From an uncultured virus (IMG/VR IMGVR_UViG_3300037067_024288) (taxonomy: Duplodnaviria; Heunggongvirae; Uroviricota; Caudoviricetes): 20,000 nucleotides of DNA. The stretch lies in IMG/VR virus record IMGVR_UViG_3300037067_024288, one strand, 5' to 3'. Under the pieces are notes generated by a model. The model was not told where the DNA came from, searched no databases, and saw nothing but the letters and a program-made list of their open reading frames with translations. Shown here piece after piece: positions 8,502 to 16,037 of the stretch (the stretch's first letter is position 1; every line of letters begins with the position of its first letter). Position numbers and translations under genes: made by a program.

Positions 8502-8542
8502 GATAATAAGTAGGTAGATTGTTGTTGATTTTCCTTTTGTGA

Positions 8543-8572
8543 GGACCGGGGATTTACTTCCCGGTCTTTTTT
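8543..8572 (+). terminator. Rho-independent terminator after HU and the repeat
   Basis: GGACCGGGGA-TTTAC-TTCCCGGTCT stem-loop followed by a T run. Confidence 0.85.
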
Positions 8573-8745
8573 ATTGCATAGGAAATTTCATATTCAATTA
8601 TTTAGTTGAATCGATTGAATGCAAAAAATTTGTAGTTCATCGTTCTATAAATCATACAATTACAAATTAATAAAAATATCAGAAATTGATCAGAAAAAGA
8701 ACTATCTTTGAATCCTAATTGGTTATCAATCCAAACTACAACACC

Positions 8746-8795
8746 AAAAAGAAAAAGCCCCAAGACTTGTTTCTGCAAACAATCTGGGGCTTTTC
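8746..8795 (-). terminator. Rho-independent, probably bidirectional, terminator of the minus-strand operon
   Basis: AAAAGCCCC-a-AGA-c-TTGTTT-ctgc-AAACAA-TCT-GGGGCTTTT hairpin, followed on the minus strand by TTTTTCTTTTT, about 20 nt past the stop at 8814. Confidence 0.8.
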
Positions 8796-8813
8796 GATTT
8801 AAACCTGTTAATA

Positions 8814-9695
8814 TTAATGATTATCGGGATTCTGGGCGTAGCTCTCTTTAATATCATTAATCCCTTCTTTTGATTCCTGTTTGATCCCAAATAATTCATC
8901 TACTGATATCTCTGAATCCGCTATCTGATTTATGAGACTGATCATTTCAATAATATCAAATTTATTGAATAGAAAAATGTCCTTTTTGAAGTATTCAGAA
9001 ATTTTCGTGTCTGAAATGCCATAGGATGCAAAAACTTGAATCAACTCATCTCGCTTAGAAATTAATTTTTCTGTTGTGCTTATGTCCCCAGTTAAAATAT
9101 CCGATGCCGTTTTAAGAAGGGTATCGATTAAAGAGGCTGGAACAATAGAAAGAATGGCTTTTCGCGTAGCTTTAGCAGTGGCAAAATTTCCAGCTTCAAT
9201 AATCATTTGATCAAAACTTTTAGTCTTATCTGCATTGTAAATTGCCTGTACACCTTCCGATTTTATGATAAGCATTGACTCTAAATCTATGATTACGCAA
9301 TCAGATGTTATAAATTGTCTCCTTTGTTCTCTCACCCGACTTTCTATCCTGAGATTATGATATGACTGTGAAATTAATTTTGCCAGGTAAATAGTAGGGA
9401 TCATTACCTTTTCATTACCTGGATCATTTATGATATAAAAACATTTTGAAGCCGTATTAATATCAATACCCGCTAGGCAATTATCAGTTACAACCTGTAA
9501 ATTTCTGGGGTATTTCCGGGCCACGTCAACCGATGTCATCATTTGTAAACTTGCCTCTTGCTCTGGAATTAGTTTAGGAGGTAAACTTTTTACACTCTTT
9601 TTTATAGAGTCCCGTGTAAATTTCTTCATGTCTTGCATATCAATCGTATTTAGAAGGTTCATTTCAACACTCAACAAAACCATACTATTTACCAA
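8814..9695 (-). CDS. Conserved phage protein, candidate single-strand annealing/recombination partner of YqaJ
   Basis: VARKYPRN...ASKCFY...PTIYLAKLISQSYHNLRIESRV...ATAKATRKAILSIVP resembles, from recall, an uncharacterised family found next to YqaJ genes. Function is inferred. Confidence 0.45.
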   Translation of the reverse strand: MVNSMVLLSVEMNLLNTIDMQDMKKFTRDSIKKSVKSLPPKLIPEQEASLQMMTSVDVARKYPRNLQVVTDNCLAGIDINTASKCFYIINDPGNEKVMIPTIYLAKLISQSYHNLRIESRVREQRRQFITSDCVIIDLESMLIIKSEGVQAIYNADKTKSFDQMIIEAGNFATAKATRKAILSIVPASLIDTLLKTASDILTGDISTTEKLISKRDELIQVFASYGISDTKISEYFKKDIFLFNKFDIIEMISLINQIADSEISVDELFGIKQESKEGINDIKESYAQNPDNH

Positions 9696-10098
9696 TACCC
9701 TCAGCTTTTATCATATATTCATCCATTGCTAACGGAATAATCCATTGCAAGTTTGGTATCACCTGCCACGTAAGAACATTACTGATATCAAATATTAATA
9801 TTTCTTCATCAGTCATGGTCTGGATTCCACGTATTTCAGACTTTGGAATAAATGCTTTAAAAAAATATACAATACAATCAGAATACTGAACTGTAAGAAA
9901 ATTATTCCATTCATCCCATTTCACTCCAGCCTCTTCAAGAAATTCACGAATCATTGCATCAAGTGGCTTTTCATAACTTTCAATATGACCACCAACTCCA
10001 TTCCATTGTCCTTTTTGCCATTGCGGCCTATTTTTTTTAATTAATACAACTTGGTCTGTTTCTTTACAAAACATAAACCCTACAACATAGTTTTTCAT
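9685..10098 (-). CDS. NUDIX hydrolase
   Basis: Complete Nudix box GGHIESYEKPLDAMIREFLEEAGV, preceded by RPQWQKGQWNG. Confidence 0.9.
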   Translation of the reverse strand: MKNYVVGFMFCKETDQVVLIKKNRPQWQKGQWNGVGGHIESYEKPLDAMIREFLEEAGVKWDEWNNFLTVQYSDCIVYFFKAFIPKSEIRGIQTMTDEEILIFDISNVLTWQVIPNLQWIIPLAMDEYMIKAEGIGK

Positions 10099-10138
10099 CG
10101 GAAATTATTTTATATTTTTAAGTCGTAAAACCCTGAAT

Positions 10139-10396
10139 TCACTCGCGCGGATAAATTAAATAATTGAACAATTCTTTTCTTACTTCCAAAATTTTACAAT
10201 TATATTCATCTGGTTTTTCAAGTTCAATAATCAAATAATCTTCTTTCTTAAAAATTGGTTCTGTGTGTCCATATCCTTCCATTTTTATTATTTTACCTTT
10301 CTTACCTTCCCAAACAACTTCTAATCCAACTTCTAATTCAGGCTTAACTAATTCAACCTGAAAATCTTTTTCTGTAAAACATTTTTTATTTCCCAT
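10139..10396 (-). CDS. Hypothetical phage protein
   Basis: 85-aa ORF whose start overlaps the YqaJ stop by 1 nt. Confidence 0.6.
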   Translation of the reverse strand: MGNKKCFTEKDFQVELVKPELEVGLEVVWEGKKGKIIKMEGYGHTEPIFKKEDYLIIELEKPDEYNCKILEVRKELFNYLIYPRE

Positions 10397-11280
10397 TATT
10401 TTTTGTTTTTAATGCGTAGTACCCTAAATTCACTGGCTTTCTTGCACTGATCATAAATCGAAGGTGCAATATCCAATAATTTTTTAGAATCAATTGTAGT
10501 TTTTGACTGAGCTTTCCAAGTTGCCAGAATATCAATCCCAAATCTTATTCCTTCATTCTGGCCGATCAGCATTTTGATTTCATCCTTCATTTTTTCAACT
10601 TGCTCATTCATTTCTTCAGCTTTATCTTCAAGTTCTCTGATAGTCTTTATTTTATGAATTACATCGATTTCAACCTCTCGGTAATTATCATAAATATCTA
10701 ACATTTTTTTGTAGTCCTCTACTGTATAGTCTGGGGGAATATTTTTAATGATATTTTCATTCCAGAAGTGGATTATAAAACCTTTCTGTTTGGCTGCAAA
10801 TTCAGGATCGTATGTTACTATCCGGTTATGAATCTTCCGGGCATCCATCTCAAAAACAGTGAATAGACAACTCTTCCTTTTTGTAATATCCAAAGTGTAC
10901 TGAATCTGGCAGTAATATTCGAGAGGTATATCACTTTCCCAATTTCTATACGCCCAGGAAGCGACGGTCTTAACTTCGTTATTACGAATTTCTTGTTGAT
11001 ATTCATGTTCACCATCAGGATGAGTACCCATAAAAGGATATTCCGGATCCCAATAATATTTATTGTTATTGACAACTTTAATATTCTCCCTTTGCTCAAT
11101 TACTCCGATAATAACCGGTTCGAGAAGTTTTCCGAATAGCATTATGTCATTTTGTTCTTTTTCGGGAACATCCTGAGTCTTGCGTTCCCAAATATCGTAA
11201 GGTGAATTGTACTGGTCAAGGCCAAGAATTCCGGCTACTTCTGTAGACCCGATATAGGTCCGGCGGTCAGGATTATTCAT
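10396..11280 (-). CDS. yqaJ: YqaJ-like viral recombinase / lambda-exonuclease family
   Basis: RRTYIGSTEVAGILG, SPYDIWERKT, FGKLLEP, THPDG, EVKT, IPLEYYCQIQY. Confidence 0.9.
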   Translation of the reverse strand: MNNPDRRTYIGSTEVAGILGLDQYNSPYDIWERKTQDVPEKEQNDIMLFGKLLEPVIIGVIEQRENIKVVNNNKYYWDPEYPFMGTHPDGEHEYQQEIRNNEVKTVASWAYRNWESDIPLEYYCQIQYTLDITKRKSCLFTVFEMDARKIHNRIVTYDPEFAAKQKGFIIHFWNENIIKNIPPDYTVEDYKKMLDIYDNYREVEIDVIHKIKTIRELEDKAEEMNEQVEKMKDEIKMLIGQNEGIRFGIDILATWKAQSKTTIDSKKLLDIAPSIYDQCKKASEFRVLRIKNKK

Positions 11281-11438
11281 TTTATTTTCAGATTAGAATT
11301 TAAACAACACCTATGTTTCTCATTAGTTAAAGATAATAATCCAACATACGGATCATGACAGATACAAGTACATTTACCTGTGTTTAACATGAATTTCAAA
11401 TAATCAAGCCTATTACTTTTAAGTTTTAGGTTGGCCAT
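11277..11438 (-). CDS. 53-aa Cys/His-rich microprotein (not in ORF track)
   Basis: MANLKLKSNRLDYLKFMLNTGKCTCICHDPYVGLLSLTNEKHRCCLNSNLKIK. TAATG overlap with the yopX-like stop and ATGA overlap with the yqaJ start. Confidence 0.6.
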   Translation of the reverse strand: MANLKLKSNRLDYLKFMLNTGKCTCICHDPYVGLLSLTNEKHRCCLNSNLKIK

Positions 11439-11947
11439 TATTTCAAAAGTTCAGGTTTGTACTCAATAATTTCAATATCCTGGGCATAACAAAGTAATTG
11501 ATGGGGTTGGTTTATATTCAAATTTGGACAATAAACAAAAGCTAAAAGGTTATCATCCCATTTTACCAGACAATTTTTATATGGTGTTCTATCTTTAAAT
11601 TCTGGATCAAACGCAACGCAATTAATTATTGCCCCTTCAAATATTTCTTTTTTATCCTTACTTAATTTTCCGGTAAACTGCAAAGGAATGAATTCACCTT
11701 CTTCAAACCAAACCCAATCTTCCCCAAATAATATAGAAGCAACCCATCCAATATCTTCGTTTCCATCTTCATCAATGATGTTTTTAAATATTCCACCAAG
11801 ATCGTAATCTAACCGACAACCTTTCGGTAAAGCATCTCTTAGATCATCTTCATTATATCCCATTTGGCCATTACCATAAAGAGTAATATCTTCCAGCATA
11901 ATTTCCAAGTCTGGGATCCAAGCATTATACTTTATAGTTCTTTTCAT
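11438..11947 (-). CDS. YopX-family phage protein
   Basis: MKRTIKYNAW N-terminus and LQFTGKLSKDKKEIFEGAII motif. Confidence 0.75.
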   Translation of the reverse strand: MKRTIKYNAWIPDLEIMLEDITLYGNGQMGYNEDDLRDALPKGCRLDYDLGGIFKNIIDEDGNEDIGWVASILFGEDWVWFEEGEFIPLQFTGKLSKDKKEIFEGAIINCVAFDPEFKDRTPYKNCLVKWDDNLLAFVYCPNLNINQPHQLLCYAQDIEIIEYKPELLK

Positions 11948-12161
11948 TTTTAAATATTTTAGTAAACATTTCGTCCTGCATCAGCTTAATTAAAGACTTT
12001 TCAATCGCTTTCAAAAACATTTGATTCTGTTCATCCACCATTTTATCAACCGATTTCCAAAATCTCCTGTCTTCAATAAATCCTAAAATCATATAATATA
12101 AGGATATAGAAACTATCCCAAAAATAAATGACAGACTTAATATTTCAAAAATAATTTTCAT
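11925..12161 (-). CDS. Small single-pass membrane protein
   Basis: Hydrophobic N-terminal segment, in operon. Confidence 0.55.
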   Translation of the reverse strand: MKIIFEILSLSFIFGIVSISLYYMILGFIEDRRFWKSVDKMVDEQNQMFLKAIEKSLIKLMQDEMFTKIFKNEKNYKV

Positions 12162-12163
12162 GA

Positions 12164-12490
12164 TTAATCCTCATCGTTAAATAACTTCATGGACTGATCT
12201 TCATCTGGAAATATTTGTTGATAAACATCCTGAAAACTTTCATTACCTTCTTCGTAAGTCATAGCAATTGAGCCAATCATTGATCTTAGGTTATCCATAT
12301 CTTTTTGAATATCCTCGGCATCAATAAGAATATTTCCTTTAATATCAACTTCCTGACCATGATGAACGGCATTGGACCGGGCAAATTGAGTTTCTGTTAA
12401 AATTGCATAATTAAGTTTTTCACAGAGAGATTCATAGGCATAAACTGCCTGTTTTCTCAGATTATTGAAGTTCACTGTCATTCCTGCCAT
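12164..12490 (-). CDS. Hypothetical phage protein
   Basis: 108-aa ORF with 2-nt gaps to both neighbours. Confidence 0.65.
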   Translation of the reverse strand: MAGMTVNFNNLRKQAVYAYESLCEKLNYAILTETQFARSNAVHHGQEVDIKGNILIDAEDIQKDMDNLRSMIGSIAMTYEEGNESFQDVYQQIFPDEDQSMKLFNDED

Positions 12491-12492
12491 AA

Positions 12493-12810
12493 TTAACTAT
12501 TTAATCGGTTGTATAATAATTCGTCCTTTTCTTTAATGTACTTCATAAATTCATCAAAGCATTTTAAAGATTTTTTTGCATAAATAGATCCATCATCCCA
12601 AATTTGATGACATCCTTTAACTCCATTAATTGATAAACATAAATAAGCCATGTTATCTAATTCAAGTTCCAAATCCTTGCGAAGACTGATCCTTATTATA
12701 TGGGCGCGGCTTAAAAAATTTGTGGTGCCACATCCCCGACAATACCTTTCATTTTCGTATTTCTTATCAAAGGCTTTATTTCTCTTACTTATTTCTGATA
12801 TGTGACTCAT
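12493..12810 (-). CDS. Zn-binding HNH/NinG-like nuclease
   Basis: CRGC...SRAHII...NMAYLC...GCHQIWD pattern. Confidence 0.65.
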   Translation of the reverse strand: MSHISEISKRNKAFDKKYENERYCRGCGTTNFLSRAHIIRISLRKDLELELDNMAYLCLSINGVKGCHQIWDDGSIYAKKSLKCFDEFMKYIKEKDELLYNRLNS

Positions 12811-12920
12811 ATTTAATGTGTTGACTATTTAAAACTCGAAATTTTCCACAATACTCACAATCAAAATCATAAGATTTTTGCTCTAAGCAAAAACTTATTC
12901 CTGTTTTTATTATTAGATTG

Positions 12921-13820
12921 TTACACGTTTTTACCATTTTGGAAGTTGTTTAATGTTAAACCTAAAATATTCTTTTTATCAAAAAATGGAACGTTGGCAG
13001 CTTTACATTGAGAGAATAATAACTCAATCCATTCTTTTTGCATTGGCCTTGCTTTTGTCCCCGTTTCAGGTCCACATATAACAAGATCAAGTGCAGGTCT
13101 GCTTGAGTCTCCGCAATTAAATATAGGTTCTAAGACTTGGTAGGATGCAATATGCTCACTTTCGCTGTTAAATTGCTGAATATTCTTCAGATCAACTTGG
13201 TCAAGCAAAGGTTCACAACTAATAAATCTCTTTGCTGCCGGTATTTTTAAAAGAATAGGTATCCTTTTATTAGCATATTCTTGGTTTTCTACGGTTGTTC
13301 CAAACCAACAATTTTTAAAAGGCCACAGACTCATTATTTCATCATAAAAATATAATTCACTTTCAAGTGTCTTTATATATTTATCATGTAACTGATTACA
13401 ATATTTATGTAGATATTCTTTGAACCTTTTAGATTCAAAAACTGATAATGCAATATCTGGCCTTTTTGTTAAAATCTGGAATGTATGTCGTTCATTTAAA
13501 AATATTGTAGCAAATACTTGGGCTATCCAATCTACTTTTACTGACTTATGAAATAAATCTCCCATTGACTCTACAAATATCATTTTGGGTTTTTTCCACT
13601 TAAATGGCTTATCCAATTCTGATTTTTCTAAATGTGTTTTGCCAGTCCACCCATTAGGACTAATCACACTCAGATATTTATCAGATATTTTTGGATTAGG
13701 ATTATTCACTAATCTTTTTGCAAATTGTTCTGCATAACATCTTGAACAACCAATACTTATTTTTTCGCATCCAATTACAGGATTCCATGTTTGTTCTGTC
13801 CAACCTATTTTATTTGCCAT
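12921..13820 (-). CDS. DUF5131 (phage Gp37/Gp68) three-Cys-motif protein
   Basis: IGWTEQTWNPVIGCEKISIGCSRCYAE, IFVESMGDLFH, HTFQILTKRP, RFISCEPLL, VICGPETG, VPFFDK. Confidence 0.9.
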   Translation of the reverse strand: MANKIGWTEQTWNPVIGCEKISIGCSRCYAEQFAKRLVNNPNPKISDKYLSVISPNGWTGKTHLEKSELDKPFKWKKPKMIFVESMGDLFHKSVKVDWIAQVFATIFLNERHTFQILTKRPDIALSVFESKRFKEYLHKYCNQLHDKYIKTLESELYFYDEIMSLWPFKNCWFGTTVENQEYANKRIPILLKIPAAKRFISCEPLLDQVDLKNIQQFNSESEHIASYQVLEPIFNCGDSSRPALDLVICGPETGTKARPMQKEWIELLFSQCKAANVPFFDKKNILGLTLNNFQNGKNV

Positions 13821-13822
13821 AA

Positions 13823-14257
13823 TTATTTCGTTATATTTTCAATTGCATCAACAATTCTTTGTAGTGTATCCATCATATCCGGGAAGTTTATTATATATTC
13901 TTTTCCTTCCTCGTTAATAATACAATCGGACAATACTTCTATTTCACCATTATTTTCAAAGACAAGTTGTGCCTTGTAAGCCCCCGTCTTTAAAGGGATT
14001 GATATATTAACAGATTTTAATTTATTTGAAGCAAAATAATCACAATTTATTTCTGATTTTCCGATTAATGTATCAACGATATAATGAGGATTCCTGACTT
14101 CAGGGCATGTAAAAGGGATTGTCAATATATCGTAATAAATATTGGGTTCAGTAGAATAACATAATTCTTCGCCAAGAGAATCTAATTTAAATGGCTCATC
14201 CAGAATATTAAAAAAGTTAGATGGTGTAGGCTGGTTAAGTATTTCAGAAATATTCAT
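13823..14257 (-). CDS. Hypothetical protein
   Basis: 144-aa ORF in operon. Confidence 0.6.
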   Translation of the reverse strand: MNISEILNQPTPSNFFNILDEPFKLDSLGEELCYSTEPNIYYDILTIPFTCPEVRNPHYIVDTLIGKSEINCDYFASNKLKSVNISIPLKTGAYKAQLVFENNGEIEVLSDCIINEEGKEYIINFPDMMDTLQRIVDAIENITK

Positions 14258-14281
14258 TTTTTGAAAGATTTAATGATTAAA

Positions 14282-14794
14282 TTAAGCTTTGAATCGCGCT
14301 CTCAGTCTATCGTATATAATTAATTTTCCACGATAAATTAATGCTTTTAAATTGTTAAATTTATTTATCTCTAAAAAAGTTAATATTTCATTATATGAAT
14401 AACCCATTTTTCTCATTATCAGCGCGCTTCTCATTTTTATATTCTTCAATTGTCTAATCTCTTTTCCCATTAATTTCATTAACCCACGCTTATCACTATG
14501 CTCATGATTCATATAATTAATAAGATATTCTATATCTATGTATTTTCTTTGTTGTTTATCAAATCTTGTTATTGGGGACCTTTTATCTCTTTGAGTTTTA
14601 TCAATAAATAAATTATGCAAAACTGATGCGCCCCAATGAAACATATCTTTATCGGTTTTAAAAGTTTCTAACTTGTTTAATATTTTGATATTTGTTTCTT
14701 GTAATAAATCCTCAGCATCCATCCTATTACGCGTTAATTTAATCGCATAGCTTAAAAGCCTTTTTTGGATAGATACTAAAGGATCCAGACTCAT
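14282..14794 (-). CDS. ECF-type RNA polymerase sigma factor
   Basis: Region 2 RLLSYAIKLTRNRMDAEDLLQET...W...LHNLFID; region 4 GYSYNEI...LKALIYRGK. Confidence 0.8.
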   Translation of the reverse strand: MSLDPLVSIQKRLLSYAIKLTRNRMDAEDLLQETNIKILNKLETFKTDKDMFHWGASVLHNLFIDKTQRDKRSPITRFDKQQRKYIDIEYLINYMNHEHSDKRGLMKLMGKEIRQLKNIKMRSALIMRKMGYSYNEILTFLEINKFNNLKALIYRGKLIIYDRLRARFKA

Positions 14795-14802
14795 CTCATA
14801 TA

Positions 14803-15225
14803 TTAATTATTTCTGTTTTTTATACTGTTTTTGACTGAATCAGAATCACTATCCCAAATTATACCGACAGATCTTTTAAGAGAATCACACCATAATTTAT
14901 ATTTAATCTTTGCTTTTGCAACATCCTTACTTGTCTGAATATCTGATTCTAATTTCATCTTTGCTATAATGCTTGGAATTTCATCTAATCTGTTTTGTCT
15001 GATGGAATCTAACTTCCTTTTCCCTTCCTTAACGATTTTATCAACGATTTGCATTTTATCATCTGCATATAACTTTAAACATTCGTTACAGCCTGCCTTT
15101 ATAGTATCATGTACAGGCGGCGTAATTACATATATCGTGTCAGTTAAAACAGATGAACATTTTGGACAATTGTCACATCCAATTAATGCAATTATAATTA
15201 ATGTGAAATAGATTAGTTTTTTCAT
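14803..15225 (-). CDS. Putative lipoprotein with coiled-coil
   Basis: MKKLIYFTLIIIALIG-C lipobox-like cleavage site, DTIYV/VHDTI low-complexity segment, helical C-terminus. Confidence 0.6.
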   Translation of the reverse strand: MKKLIYFTLIIIALIGCDNCPKCSSVLTDTIYVITPPVHDTIKAGCNECLKLYADDKMQIVDKIVKEGKRKLDSIRQNRLDEIPSIIAKMKLESDIQTSKDVAKAKIKYKLWCDSLKRSVGIIWDSDSDSVKNSIKNRNN

Positions 15226-15288
15226 AGTTTTTTATAATTTACTTGATGTTTAAGTTTAGCATTAGGTGCGGGTTATATAATTAATATT

Positions 15289-15492
15289 TTAGTTAAAAAT
15301 AATCTGAAATTTACACGAAGAAACAACTTTAACATTTAAGTTACAGGACTTTTTAATTTCCTGAGCTAACGAGTGATCATCAATCTTACAAAGCCTATCA
15401 ATTAATTTTGATTTAAAAGACTCATCTGAAATTCCAAATGGGCGTATTGATATTTCCGCAATTTCTTGTTTAGTTAATATTTCACTACTCAT
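15289..15492 (-). CDS. Hypothetical protein
   Basis: 67-aa ORF co-oriented with the operon. Confidence 0.5.
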   Translation of the reverse strand: MSSEILTKQEIAEISIRPFGISDESFKSKLIDRLCKIDDHSLAQEIKKSCNLNVKVVSSCKFQIIFN

Positions 15493-15575
15493 TTAATTAT
15501 ACTTTTATTGGTTTATAGCTGATTGTACGAATATATTAAATATTGGTTTCAAATCCCAAATAATTTTGACGAATG

Positions 15576-16037
15576 TTATAGATTATACATTTCTTTTTCG
15601 GCTTTATTAACCCAATATTTTTTACTATTCCTATTAATACATTCGTAGTCTTTAAAGGACCTTCCTGTTTTATCATTTTCAATTAATAATTGGCCATAAG
15701 TTAGAAGCTTAACTCTCTTATCAAAGCTTATTATATCCGCTATTGAAGGGGAAGGATACCGGAAATTATCAAGTAAATAACCTACAGCATCTTTTAATCT
15801 TAAATCCGAAAAATTATTAGCAATTATTCTTTCAGATAATAAATTAAACCAAAGTGGCTCCAATGCAGGAAAAGCAACTTGTACTTTTTTTACTTCCTGG
15901 GCGATACATTCAGGTGTTAAATCACCTTTGTATATGCTTATCTCGAATTCCCCGGTTGATTCCTTCAGCAATATTTGTGGCAAGTTCTGTGTCTGAGGTT
16001 GCGGGGTTCTTTGAGGTAAATTTTTGCTTAAATCCAT
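15576..16037 (-). CDS. Phage protein downstream of the replication initiator (possible helicase loader/inhibitor)
   Basis: AFP...F..L.ER...N.FS..RLKDAV...LDNFRYPSPSIADIIS pattern and its position after the initiator. Start is uncertain because of a long overlap. Confidence 0.5.
   Translation of the reverse strand: MDLSKNLPQRTPQPQTQNLPQILLKESTGEFEISIYKGDLTPECIAQEVKKVQVAFPALEPLWFNLLSERIIANNFSDLRLKDAVGYLLDNFRYPSPSIADIISFDKRVKLLTYGQLLIENDKTGRSFKDYECINRNSKKYWVNKAEKEMYNL

Noticed and set aside
8592..8611. Imperfect palindrome ATTCAATTA-TT-TAGTTGAAT as a dif or att site
   Set aside because: Does not match the Xer dif layout, there is no integrase nearby, and the sequence is very AT-rich.
8469..8800. 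A full CRISPR array or cas locus
   Set aside because: Only one repeat copy was found, a terminator sits where the second repeat would be, and no Cas-like ORF is present.
15546..15570. Minus-strand GTCAAAATTATTTGGGATTTGAAAC, resembling a second CRISPR-like repeat
   Set aside because: Only 25 nt, no convincing stem, and the similarity is limited to the GTC start and TTGAAAC end. Likely chance.
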